Below, in pieces: positions 13,701 through 26,039 of a stretch of DNA of 64,000 bases. The notes beneath the pieces are model-generated. The model ran no database searches and was not told where the DNA came from. It saw nothing but the letters and a program-made list of their open reading frames with translations. Position numbers and translations under genes: made by a program. Each line of letters opens with the position of its first letter. Within the stretch, counting starts at the first letter, position 1. Origin of the DNA: Iphione sp. A-MEVVRFRX5 (Eukaryota); assembly GCA_976226885.1 (NCBI GenBank), contig OZ320315.1:86738001-86802000 (forward strand). The letters run 5' to 3'.

Positions 13701-16700
13701 CTTTGCTTCCTTTTCTGTCGCTCTTTGTCCTTCTCTTCCTCTTCGTAACCTTCTCTATCCAGACCCTTAGCGCTTATAATGCCCTTTATCTCCATACACG
13801 TACTTTATTTTCCGTGCATCTGTCTTTGGTCCTGTTCTCTCCTTATCCGGCACAATTTATTCTGCTTTCTATCCACCTTGTATCCATGTCATTTTCGTCC
13901 CTCGCTGTCCTGTCAATCCTCTCCTCTTCCTCTCCTTCCATCCCTCTCTCATTGTCGGTGTCTTTCTTTGCCCCACCATCTCTTCAGCTCCTTCTCTGCC
14001 TCATTCTAACATTTGTGGACATTTCATATATTTAATACTATCCGTCTCACTAATGACACTGAAATCGTCCTCCCCTCCCCTCCCGCCCTCCCCTCTTCGT
14101 TTCTCATCACAGATGCCTGTCTCTTTCTCTCTTCTCCTGTCTTCTTTCTTTCCTCTCGTTCTCTGTCTCTTTCAGTCTGCTACCTGGCGAGGGTAGAAGC
14201 TCTGCTGACGGTCTTTGTGTGTGTTTTCTGCGGCTACCGCCAGGTGACCACCATAGACGGGCGGACGCTGCACGTGGTGGATACACATGGCCAGAGTCTC
14301 AATACTGTGACGCCGACCCCAGAGTCATACGGATCGGCCGTCGATGACGGCTTCTCCAGTGAGTAACACGCAACACGCGTCAATGATCTAAGAGAGTGTT
14401 TTTTTTTTAAATCACTGTTATTGCTTTCAAACAGGTGATCCGGAATCAACCATAGCCTGGTTTTCAGCCGGTGCTGTATATATATACATAAAGAATTATC
14501 TCGACCAAGCAGTTTTAACTATTGTATCAAGAGGCTGGTTCCATCTAGCTAGCTATTGCAGGCTTAGACTTGAAAAGTTAAGCATATGAAGCTATTAATA
14601 GTTCCTGAACCACTTCATCTTATGGGTGTTTTGGTGGTGGTTAGTTGTCGTGTAGAACTATGTTCTGTGCTTTCCATCTGTTGCACATATCTTGATCATC
14701 ACATCACGAATGTACAAGCCTCAAAGCGTTCACTATTAATTAGCCGCATTGACGCCCGTGTGGAATTAAGTAATGTACCAGGAAGCTTTGTCTACGCAGG
14801 TAGTTTTTGACATCCATACGTAGACGTAGCACAGGACAGACTAGGGCCAGTCTTGAAACTAAACAATGTTCCTTTTGCCCTTATGGTCCTCCCAGGCCAT
14901 CCTGTATGGCGACTATAAATGACTGACTCCACCAATAGATGTACCAAATGTATTCTCCGGGATGGCCATTTTCCTAGTGAAAATCAGGGTTTAATTTGAT
15001 ATTTGAATCCTTTTTGTTATGGCGTCTATAAATGACTGACTCCACCAATAGATGTACCAAATGTATTCTCCGGGATGGCCATTTTCCTAGTGAAAATCAG
15101 GGTTTAATTTGATATTTGAATCCTTTTTGTTATGGCTAGGTCTAGGGGTCCTCAAGAGTCTGATTTTAAATTTTTAGCATTATAGAATAATTCATCCCTG
15201 TAGATTTTACTAGTTCCAGAGAACACCGATGGTACATCTATTGGTGGAATCAGTCAAATTCATCTTATAAACGGCAAGCGTGCACGAAGCCCCTAAATTT
15301 GAATATGCATAGCGTGCGATGTACAGATAAGCTACAATATGTAAAAAACAGTAATGTATAAGATAGATTGGTTTCTTTAGATTGGTTTCTTTTATTTCTT
15401 ATAATGTCTTATAATGTGTGATAAACATGATATTAAGGTAAAGCCCCGCTTGAAAAGACTTTAATGGAGCTACAATTTGCGTGCAATCCTCGCTCCAGGT
15501 TTACTGGTGATGGGAGGAGACACTACCGCCGCCTACCTTCCCGATGCTGGTATCCAAGAGATGCTTCGAGATAACAATGATGCCCCAATATGGAAACTCA
15601 GGTAGCATTTATATTCATAACATATTATAGAACAGAAAACCTGGAAAGGCACTGCATGTTGTTCTCATCTTCTTTGTCATGAACAATCATCTGTCACTTA
15701 AAGACAAAATAACAGGGGAAACTATAGACTGCTATTGAGACCACATTTTACCACTACCAAATACATACATTTTGAGATGGAAAGAGATCACAGAAGAGAC
15801 CAGACTGTACCAAAGATAAAATTTCTTAAAGTCCCAGAGATGGTCTTCTGCGCGAGAGTTAACTGTACATGTGCACATATTAGGTAGACATGGCTAGGCC
15901 GATACTCATGTTGGTGCTACCGAGTCAACTGTTTAACCAGCTCTGTGTACCCCATGTATATATCTGTTTGTTGTGTTGTTGTCATGGACACAGGTGGCCC
16001 TTTGGTCTCACTGTGTTAAATATTTTTAGGTTAACTGGTTAAGGTTTTTCTCACTTCTATGACACGTTTTCGACTTGAGTCTCATCAGACTCCTTCCATT
16101 ATGTGGAAATTTTTCCAGGGAGTTCATTTGTTTAAAAAAAGTACATGTTTATGCGTGTAGAATCATCAGGTGATGTTTTTATTCTTGGAGTGGGGAATCC
16201 GGGCACTTTTTGCAAGCAAGGTGTAAACAAAGAGTTGTCAAACCCAATTTGATAAGGATTTCAAAGGTGTCATAGGGTTCCATTGTGATAAATGTGTAGG
16301 TTTATTATTAATCTAAAGGGCCACATTAGTGTTTAGATACAAATTCTCTGCTAAAATTTCTAATTTAGCAAAAACACTACAGAGGTGAAAAGTGGGTGAT
16401 AATCAGGGAGTTTCTGTATATTTTAATGTGAACTCTAAGGCCTTGTGAAAACAACCTAATGATAATTTTGACATATGCACTCTATCTACAGGTAGTCCTA
16501 GGTGTGTTTTCATTATAATATCAGAGTTAGCATTGAAATCATTGCCAAATGATTATTATGGAGATAAACATTATAAAAGCTCAAAGAGAGAAACCCACTC
16601 TGTTTCACCTCCACCCTAGGCAGACTGACCTAAATTTGACTAAGGGTACCAGGCTTATCAGCCCTTGTGACGTCATTCCCACTTCAAGAATTATCCTGAA

Positions 16701-17054
16701 ACATGAGAAAGTCAGTTGCTCATACACGTGATACGTATCAAATAATTTTACTGTAAACTTTCAGCATTACATTTGAACAACAGAGAGATTGTTTAGAACT
16801 AACAAAACACCACCGGCTTTATTTTGAATTGTTTGATACAGAGGATCTCTTTTTCAGCAAGCTTATGAACATGTCCTTTCTACAGTAATTAAATTTGAAC
16901 ACTATTCTATGTATATATAATATATAAACATGTATATCACATTCTGTACGTTCTACATTTACTTATACCTTCTTGTTTTATTGCGAAATCTTCTACCCCA
17001 TACATATCCACACAAATTTGCCACACATACATCCAAACACACACAAATACACAC

Positions 17055-17087
<33 letters not shown>

Positions 17088-17708
17088 GCAATGCCACCAA
17101 TACCCCACCCTGCAGGTACACCACGCACGGCAGCCTGCTGTACACGGCATGCGATCGCGGAGTGGTCCGGCGCTATCGGCGCTGGCCTGACCACCACGGC
17201 TATATTGGTGAAGTCTTCAGGCACAAAGGTGACGTCCAGGACATGGATATCTCCCCCTTCGATGAATGTATCCTTCAAGTAGCCGGCTTCGTTGATTGAT
17301 TGATATATGAGATCGAACATAGAGGACGGACTTGGAAAGTTTACTCGTTTATAGATTAAAGCCGCAGGAGATCGTAGGTTGGGAATTGGCATATGCTGTA
17401 GAGATAAAACATTGAAAATAATGACGAGGGAATGTAGATAACCCATAATATAAAATATGTTTTCCCAGCCAGGTAATATAAAATCGGTATTTCCTGATAA
17501 GCAAGCCTAACAAAGTCCTATCAATTGGACCAATGTCTGCCATCGTTTCTTCTCCCACAAACTGATTTGTATCTATTGCTCAAGGAGAGACTTTGCCTTG
17601 ACCCTTTCCCCAACAGATCTAGTGACGGCCTCCAAGGACCGGTCGGTAGGAGTGATCAAGCTGGGCGAGCCCAACCACGGCTCCTCCGAATATGGAGAGC
17701 TCACCTGA
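4715..17708 (+). CDS. WD40-repeat beta-propeller protein, ~337 aa, 11 coding exons; ortholog not recognised
   Basis: Exons: 4715-4780+ (end lost in N gap), 5264-5350, 11119-11181, 11588-11666, 12165-12250, 12462-12518, 12818-12922, 14244-14358, 15499-15601, 17116-17267, 17617-17708. All visible junctions are GT-AG with matching phases and give one open frame: MQQEGTVRFLRHHQGSVRGVAF...HRYLFCSGAYDGKVNLY...RHKGDVQDMDISPFDEYLVTASKDRSVGVIKL...GELT*. WD-type H-x-G-x-V and S/T-A-x-D-x-x-V motifs are present. An in-frame TGA lies upstream of the ATG. Confidence 0.88.
4781..4936. other. Assembly gap that removes the 3' end of WD40 coding exon 1
   Basis: Run of N. Further gaps at 10795-10975 and 51718-51890. 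Confidence 0.99.
8143..8300 (+). mobile_element. Degenerate tRNA-derived SINE-like copy
   Basis: A-box-like start and B box GGTTCAATC (8207). Shares 'ggtccact..tctaga.gtc.caggttcaatc...ttgatcatg' with the copy at 19.75 kb. Confidence 0.5.
9560..10520 (+). mobile_element. Relic of a DIRS-type (tyrosine-recombinase) retrotransposon: gag and start of RT
   Basis: Translations PANIRGLQLRKVNEPIL, ARKSDIHFAVKDEYKCL...KWLFGDN, FIAGGLANKFHVWE and ILDL*ELN*FMPFFHFKMD match typical DIRS ORF1 and RT N-terminal motifs, with multiple stops and frameshifts. Lies in WD40 intron 2. Confidence 0.65.
14905..15136. repeat. Near-perfect tandem duplication, 113-bp unit
   Basis: 'tatggcgWctataaatgactgactccaccaatag...gaatcctttttgt' starts at 14905 and again at 15018. 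Confidence 0.9.
17268..17616 (+). other. U12-type (minor spliceosome) GT-AG intron
   Basis: 5' splice site GTATCCTTC, branch site CCTTGAC (17596-17602) 15 nt before the 3' CAG, no long pyrimidine tract. Splicing restores the frame FDE-Y-LVTASKD. Confidence 0.85.
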
Positions 17709-19751
17709 TCAGACGCCTCCTGGTGGCGTTTTAGACACAATAATCACTTCCTCTTTTTTTTTCTTGGGTGGGGGTTCTCGTTTTCTCGAGGATTTGATCC
17801 CATATCGGTTTTCACCTGGTAGATGGCCGGGGGGAATGACCTTGTGATAAAAGTTCATGCCATAACGTCGTACGTCTTTTGCTGAAAATGATCGGCAAGA
17901 ATGACACGGTGCTCTTCAAGGTACACCTTGTGAACGTTTTTTTTAAAAATCAGAATTGATTACGTTCCAACCATTCAAGTGAGTATATTTGGACTTCATT
18001 AATCACGATGCGTGATTACTGGGAGATGAGGCATGTGATTAGTGATTAACACAGGTATAGCTCTGTTAAGAACGAAGATGTATCCTGTGAATTCACCTTG
18101 TACGTAGAACCTCCGTCGTGGGACGCGTATCATTCCGGCAGTAATTTTAAAGATATAAACTTAATATCTATTTATCATTCGTGTATATCGTTAATACAGT
18201 GTCATGAGTCTTTGGGTGGCCTCTCTTTTTCAACGATTGTTTTTAAGACCTTTGGGTAATAGTGTCCTCAGGCCACAAAATCTGTCGAAACAGTTAACTT
18301 CGCCATAAAGAGACTTGATTTTTAGAGGATACGTCAATAGAGGTATACCTGTAGCTTACTGAGTAATTCTAAACCATTTTAAAGTTTTCACATAGGTATT
18401 TTCGCGCACTCATAATGCAGTCTGCCTGTGCTATCCGAACTATGTGCGTTTTCTTGCTTGGTTGAGAGTTTCGTTCTGGTACAGGATATTATGATATGTA
18501 TGTCCGGCTGAAATGTTTCCCTCAGAATGGATTTGGGTATGATGAAAATTTGAATACTGAGAGTTCGGTAAGTTCAGGCCAACTGTATTATGTTAGGTAA
18601 TACTGTGGGGTAGTAGGATTAATCAGAAAGGAAGAAATTAGTAAACCAGCTGAACAAGCCGGCTCACGACCTGACCTGCACAGGTACAGACCTGGATACA
18701 TAAAATGTCATACTTAGTTTTTGTCATAAACTGCAAGTTCATACACACACGTAAGAGATTAGTGGAAGCTTGTGATGTGAAAAAGAATTCCATTTAAATA
18801 GCCGCTGTAACAGTTGACCCTTTTCCCCAAAGTTCCGAAAGTGTCAAGGAAAACCGTAGACGACAATTTATCAGCACATTCCACATTTTGAGAACATACA
18901 AATGTAGGAATGAGGCTAGAACAATTCTACATATGCGAAGCTGCCGAGGCAAGCGTATATAACGTGGTGAGGAAAACAAATACAATTCTACACCTGAGAA
19001 ACATTTTCTCGGCGAGTGTGTGGATGCTTGATGCGAACAGGTCTTGATGACCTGGCTAGACTCTCATATCAGTGTGTTTGTGTGTGTGTGTGTGTGTTTG
19101 GGCTTATTAAATTGCATTCTAGGCCCTTTTAAGTCTTAACAAACACGCTGTCACTGTCATTCCCTCCGCAAGAGACATATCTCTGACCAAATATCCAAGA
19201 AACAGTTGTAGAAGATAATGCTATGTCTAATGTTTGCCTAGACCAAGATTATATAGTCAGGACTCGATTTCCAGAGGGTGTTACTGCAGAAAAAAATCCA
19301 TTTGGAAAAAGAGAATGCATATACATGTAGTCAGATACAGGCATACTTCTAAGTACTAAGGAAATAGATGTATTGCTTTATAACACTTCGTTTGGATGAC
19401 CGTGGTTATCAGAGGCTCGCCATTTTATCGTGATTTGTCATAGTTTTAAAAAGTTCCTAATAAGTGATAAGGATATACAATTCTGTGTTTATCATCTCTT
19501 TAAAGTTTAGCTAATATGACCTGAAGCCATACATTTTAGTGAAATAGCCAAGGTTGTGTTAAGTGTTTTTTTTCAGATGATTCCGTTAATAGAGGTATAC
19601 CTGTAGAAAACTGGACTTTTGTATCTTTAGGGTTGATTAAAAAATGATTATAGCTGTGGAGGTCCACTTTATAGATTTCAAAGAACAATTATTACACCTA
19701 TAAAATACCAGAAGACAATTAAATAAACATAATGATGATAATGAATATTAA

Positions 19752-20090
19752 GAGAAAAGAGCTCAGTCAGTAAGAGTGCTCAGTAGCAGTGGTCCACTGC
19801 TCTAGATGTCGCAGGTTCAATCCTGGGCCCAGGACTGTTGATCATGACCACACAGATTTATTCTAGCCCAAATCCAGAGTGGTCCACAATTTGTGACAAA
19901 GGCTGTAGGTGTATAGAATTCTGTCCTCCATGTACAAAAAGACCATAGAAGCATGTTCAGAATAAGAGTAGAGGACAATCCCAGGTATTCTGGTCTCTCA
20001 ATTCACAGTAATTGATGGAAGTATGCTACCCTGTAAGAATTAGGACAGCAAAGAGTGGTGAATATATAGTTCCTGGTTAAATAGACAATG
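19752..20090 (+). mobile_element. tRNA-derived SINE-like element
   Basis: A-box-like AGCTCAGTCAGTA, B box GGTTCAATCC (19814-19823). The body 'aaaaagacc...aagagtagagg...cccaggt' recalls Deu/Nin-type SINE cores (from memory, unverified). 3' end approximate. Confidence 0.55.
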
Positions 20091-23000
20091 AATATGAAAC
20101 ATAAAGATTAATTCCTTTACATGCCTAAATAGGGTGATTTCACAGTGTGACACAATTCCAGTATTGTAATTTATCAGATAGTATTTTTCGTGGCACTTGG
20201 TCAAAGAATGTCAGATCCCTCTTTTAGGTATGGTTCTCAATGTTTCAACTTTTAACATCCAACAGAAGTGGTTGCAACCACATCATCCAATTAATAACTT
20301 TTCAACTTGTGCCTCTTTTTATGACAAGTTATGTACATGAGGTTCGACCTGATCGAGAGATTACACACAAATGTTAAGAGGTCATCACTTGTTATATCCT
20401 GAAGAAATAAGATACAAACTCCATGAGGTACCTTGATACTAGGTTTGCACTGACCAGCATGGCACACCAAAAGATTGAATGACAATATCTTCATGCTTCT
20501 GTTCGATGGGAAAATAATAAGGAAGCAAGATTTTGTCCGTGAGGTATTTGAGGTCTTGTCGTCGTTTGTTTATATTAACCAAGAAAAGTTTGCATGTATT
20601 ATCGCGATGGATAACATTTTTTGTTGTTGTATTGGGCCGTTCTCAGCAGTAATTCATACAGTCAGGTCACAAGTGTTCACAAAACCATTGGTTTTTTCGT
20701 GAAGAAAAATTACTATACATGAAATATTGAGTATTACAGGTATGAATATATCTTTCATTCTGTCACCTGTTTCTTTGTTGTTTACAACCAAGCTATGCAC
20801 ATAGTAAGTATGGTTTCACCACAGTTGATTAGTCTTCTAAATTATACTATAGATGATTTAGTCCTTCGTTGTTTAACATCCAATGAGTTGAATATTAACA
20901 AGTTAAGTGCCTCACTACTCAGCCCAGAGTTGAGACCCCAGGGGACAATATCTCATTTAAAACGCTGGCAAGTCAACAAATAAAGCTGTGTACTTAAAGG
21001 AATTATAATGGTACGTTAGCTCCAAAAGAGGAATAAACTTGCCTCAGGGGCGTATTTGATACTTAATTAGGTTTATAGATAGTTCTAAGGCAATAAGGAG
21101 ATAACGGAAGGCATGAATCTCAGTAACGTCGCATGCATACCAGTCTTGCCCCTAATAAGTGGTTTAATACAGTCGTGACTCGTTAACTGGACAACCACCA
21201 TTCCCATCAAATTTGTAGTCAAAGTATAGATAATTTTTATTTGTTGTCATGACAATATCAAGGAGAATCCCTCTCTGCCATGTCGACGGCATGTGTTGTC
21301 TCTGCGTAGGAGGTCACATATTGCACTTCCATATGACCCCCTCTCTAGTGCTTGCTAAATCCAAGGGATCCAAGGGACCGTGTAAGTGCTGCATTTCACA
21401 CGTAAACAATGGTTTCTCGAACGTCTGGTCCAGTTAAAGCAACATTTTCTATTACAATCCTCTCTAAAAGTAAAAAAAATGCACTCCGGTTATGGATAAT
21501 TAAGTCCGATTAAACTACATTTTGTAGTGAAAAAGTATTTGTTCTCCTCTTTGCATACCGTCAAAGGAAAATCTGGTTGTTGAGTCTTCAGATAGCGTGT
21601 CACGACTGCATAAATATATATTTATATATATACATGGTTACATCATCTGTTGTCATATATTAATGGAGGAGATGTTGGAAGATTTGTAGAGAACTTGCAC
21701 GATATCAAAATTAATTTTGCGGTTTGAATGGCAATTGGTCTACTTAAACCAATTACTTAAGGTGTAAGAATGGAATAATTAGCAACGAATATAGCTAGAA
21801 AAGATGCATTCATTTTTTATTGGAAAGGTTTACTGCTTATTCACCATTATCAATCTTTCTTGGCGTTACTGTGCGAACTGCATCTAAAATGAGGTACCAT
21901 TGCCACACAAAGAATATCAATGTGTTTGTTGAATGAAATGTAAATTAGTATATAGAAGGATCGTACCTGTGATGTCCTATGGCAATCCTTGGTTTTAATG
22001 CTTGAATATAATACAAACATTTTGTGAATCTGCACCTTCGTAAAGTAAGACGCGTGGATTAAGTGTCAATAATTTAATGGAGATTAACTTATTGACTATA
22101 ACAATGTTCACATATGAGGAAGAGCCACACGTCTATTCAAAAGTTTATCAAGATTCAGTCTCGCAGTAAACCCACCAATGTATAACGGATGTCCTTTTTG
22201 TCTTTGTAATTTTTTGAGGCCATGTTCTAGTGATATTTTATCAGAAATGAAGCTGATTGAAACTTTCCAGGTTTAACAGTTTAAATCAAGGCAATCATTC
22301 ATGTACTCATTTGTCCAAATGACGACTGTTGAGAAGCAATACAAAGTCATATTATATGTATGCATCTTTGTCAATAGATTGACCTGCAACCCCTGTTCTG
22401 GCATGGAACCCTTGCTCTCATTAGGCCTCTAAATGTTCTATGCTAACAAACATATCATGTATACAATGGCTCATATACATTGTAATCCTGCTACTGGTTC
22501 ATACCCCACCAGCTCCTCCCTCCCCTTACTTCACAGTGAATCCACCACCCTCATCTAGTATTTCCCTCAGTTGAAAGCTAATTCGGAAACTGTGGTAATA
22601 ATTTCATATGATTTTTAAGGTGTAAATATAGCTGTTTTTAGTTACCTTTCATATACGGAGATGGGTATATGTAAGGAAGTAAACTAGTAAAGCTTTCATA
22701 AGAAAGTCGGGGTTATATTACCTTGAGGGGGGTATTGTCCATATGTCCGTTTGTATGCTGGACATTGACACATGTAAAATGAAAGTAAACAGGTGACAGG
22801 GGATGCCCGTCTGTGTATACAGGAAACTCCGAATCGTCTAGGCGTGTGTGTATTTATCCTTCCGTGCCCCTCTCTGAGGAAAACATTCATTTTACTCTAT
22901 CCCCCATGTATGAAACCCATCTGGTTGTCAGATGTGTGATGAAAGTGTCAGATTACTGAAGGAACGGACAACGGATCAATGTACACTTGGCCCTGGGTGG

Positions 23001-24429
23001 ATCAGGGTTGCAAGCTGGTGGTGGCAGACAGGAAATCCATATCCTTAAAGAGCACTGCCGTCTGTATAATCTTAAACCGACCACTTATTCTCAGTGGTTT
23101 AATATGTAATAATGTGCAGGAAAATAAATTGATGGTACCTCCAGTACCCTATCTCTGATTGCAGTAAACTGCGCTGATGGGAACTGCTATTCCCTGGATA
23201 TGAATTTAAATGGAATTGACAACTTAGGACTATTGTATGTTTTTCTTTTGTGTAAAAGACAGGTGGATTTCAAGCATAGATACTCCATTGTTAAAGGTTA
23301 AAGTTTCTTTCAACGTAACCGGAACCTGACGTAAATGCCATTCAATCTCGAAAGGAGATACTTCTAAGAAATAAATGGAGCAAATTTCTTTAATTTGTCG
23401 GATATTGTTTTTTAAATGTACCTCGCAATTACAACAGGTCTCAACTACTTTCTCTACAGCAAACAAATACTTTTTCATTAAAGACATTATATTGCTATCA
23501 CAACGAATATTATTTTGTGATATTGAATTGTTTATTATCTCCGTCTTACAGGATTTTTCATGGTCAATAACACAGTAGAAGAGACAATGGAATTCAGAGT
23601 AGAAACATTTGATAATAGATTAATTAGGATGGAAAAGCAGTATACCAAATTAGGACAGTGAGCAACGTGTATCAGACATAGTAGTTCATGCATCAAATGA
23701 GCAAATCCATAAATAAAATGAAAAGTATAATACAAGAAGCTCACTCCAAATATAATGGCAGACCTTCACTGTACCTGTACAGGACTGCCAGTACCATGCC
23801 ATTAGGCAGCTAATTTGCACTTTACTGGCCTATTACATAGCCTGTACTGGACCATTATCTTAAACTGTACTGGTCCAATACAGGTCCATTACAGTAATCT
23901 TTAGTGGGATTCCTCATCACAATTGATAAAGCCCCCAATTATCACCCGTTATCATATTCCAAGAGTACCAGTATTTTACAACCATTCTTCAAATATATTC
24001 AAGCTAACAATGCACTAGCCAATGTCCTAGTGAATCACTGGTGACTCATGTTCAATATCACACAAACTTGTGGAGAAAGAAACCAATATTTACCTGTAAA
24101 ATGCTAATTCTGTTGTCTTCTGTGTTGCACCTTTTTGCTTTTGACTATTGATTTTTGAATTTTTATCACTAGGTGGCAGGCATACTACTGGACAAGAATG
24201 CCAATACCAGACCAATACTGGGCCAGTACATCATTTAGATCATACAAAACACACAAGGTATTGGCTATTATTGGCTGGGTAATGACTTTTATTTGCCATT
24301 ACTGCCAGTACCTAACTGTACAAAATTGGTATTGGACCAATACAGGCATGTTTACTGGGATTGCTTGAAAACACAGGATATATATCGTCCTTGAGTATAA
24401 GAACAAATATGCCAGTTCCAGTATTGTAC

Positions 24430-24890
24430 ATCCTTTCAATGAGATACCTTGTCCTTATTATATTGTGGGCGTATTGGGTTTTGTAGAGGTGATACTGTAG
24501 GGGTTTTAATGGAGGTATGTAGTCACATTTTTGGGCAGAGGACACAATTAGGTGGAGGGAACTCTGGTAATAATGGGTGGAGACGCTCGTTGTCAGTTGT
24601 GTTTCCACCTTGGAATAAAACGCATCGACCCAGATCTGATGTTTCCCCATCTTTACTATGGTGAAGGTAAACAATGATGTCAGAAGTGGGATCCAATGGT
24701 GGGTAAAGGCCCTAACCTCTCCAGGGCCTAAGGAGGAATTGCCATTGGAGACTTTAGGTGGAGGCAACCCTGAAGAGTGGCAAGTCACCTGCAGCCAGCG
24801 AAAATTAGGGAGCACAACTGACCAGGTCATCTCTCAACAGGACCAACTACACCGCACTCTGTCCATCCATAATTTAAGAGTAGGCATGTA
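24430..24890 (-). pseudogene. Old L2-clade LINE ORF2 C-terminal fragment
   Basis: KCDYIPPLKPLQYHL resembles the L2 'DHITPVLxxLHWL' motif, and VTCHSSGLPPPK resembles 'YCNSLLxGLP'. Confidence 0.4.
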
Positions 24891-25649
24891 GTTGCTGCCC
24901 TCTAGTGGCAGTTATGTAAATTAGTTTCCAAAAAATTCTGGGATTGAGGCAGAAACAAGATGGCAGCCAGTAAGAACTGACTTCATGTGAATTTCTCTGC
25001 CAAAATTTATGTTTATTAACCACAAGAAAGGACCAAGGAGGCCAGTAAACATATGCTTATGTTAGGTAAACTTGTAGTGTACATGCATATATAGTTATTT
25101 TATGTTTTAGAGTATGTATAGCTTCAGGTTTTGATTCTAAATTTTTCAGTTTGACTTGTACACATGCCAAGAGATTTAATTGTACGACCCAGTGGTAGTA
25201 ATGAGGTACCAAGTCTGTAATTTCTTGGAGTGTATGTAACCTTTTTGGCCATTAGTGTTAGTCAGAATTTTAAGCAGGGTATTTCTTTGTTTTTTATTAT
25301 AGTTTTCACAGAGACATATGCATGAGTTTGTGAGAACTGTGGCAAATAAACAAGATCCAAGCCAAACTCAGTGTCATCTGTTGAGACCCTTGACTGCCAT
25401 TATAATCATAGATCTATCATAGATTTCAAGCAGCCTCGACACAACCTCAAAAGACACCTCTCCTGTAAGACTGCATGACAGCAAAACACATGTACATGTA
25501 AATGCACATGGAAGGGAAACACAGATGAACACATGTAAATGAGGGTATGGAAACCAAGCCTAAGGTGGGTGGTAAAGCATGGTATAGGTCATTACAGCTA
25601 GTAATGTTTACTAGATGGACAAAGAAGAGTACACTTTAACAATTTTTAT

Positions 25650-26035
25650 TGAGAAAATATTCGAGATATTGATGATCGAATATCGTATTATACATTAAGG
25701 TTAATAACTGATTTATATGTTTTCTCATTTTTTAAGCCAAAACGATCTACGACTACACAACATGGAAGGAAGGCACAGTTGGAGATGATGAGACCTAAGC
25801 TGAGAATCATACAGGATAGCTTTGTATATAATGGAATCAGGAGATGGAATGATCTGCCTGATGATGTTTTGAATATGCCATATTTGCTTATTAAATCATA
25901 TTTAAAAAACAATACATGGTCATGGAGAGATCAGCCAAAATAAAGATCTGCTGTGAAAGGCTGAGCACTTAGTTGTAAGACATCTGGTATCAGATGGTAC
26001 TTTTTGCTCAATAAAATTGTTTGAATTGAAAAAAT
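25650..26035 (+). mobile_element. CR1/L2-type LINE 3' end
   Basis: The + frame RPKLRIIQDSFVYNGIRRWNDLPDDV matches the 'SFxYxGxxxWNxLP' ORF2 terminus, followed by a short UTR with AATAAA. Confidence 0.6.
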
Positions 26036-26039
26036 TGAA

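Noticed and set aside
13488-14170. Long ORFs on both strands; charged, protein-like frames on -
   Set aside because: Pyrimidine/purine-skewed low-complexity intron sequence is naturally stop-poor. The frames break repeatedly and I found no consistent splice sites.
17855-17935. Minus-strand frame KVYLEEHRVILADHFQQKTYDVMA* suggesting a convergent gene end
   Set aside because: No acceptor with a pyrimidine tract and no upstream exons found; more likely WD40 3' UTR.
19752-19830. tRNA gene
   Set aside because: A and B boxes are present but no cloverleaf can be formed; better read as a SINE head.
23039-23048. ATATCCTT, an AT-AC U12 donor-like motif after an exon-like frame
   Set aside because: No CCTTRAC branch site paired with a suitable AC acceptor downstream.
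24171-24370. Open frame WQAYYWTRMPIPDQYWAS after a good acceptor
   Set aside because: Lies inside a repeat rich in tactgg/ccaatac units; the Trp/Tyr content comes from the repeat.
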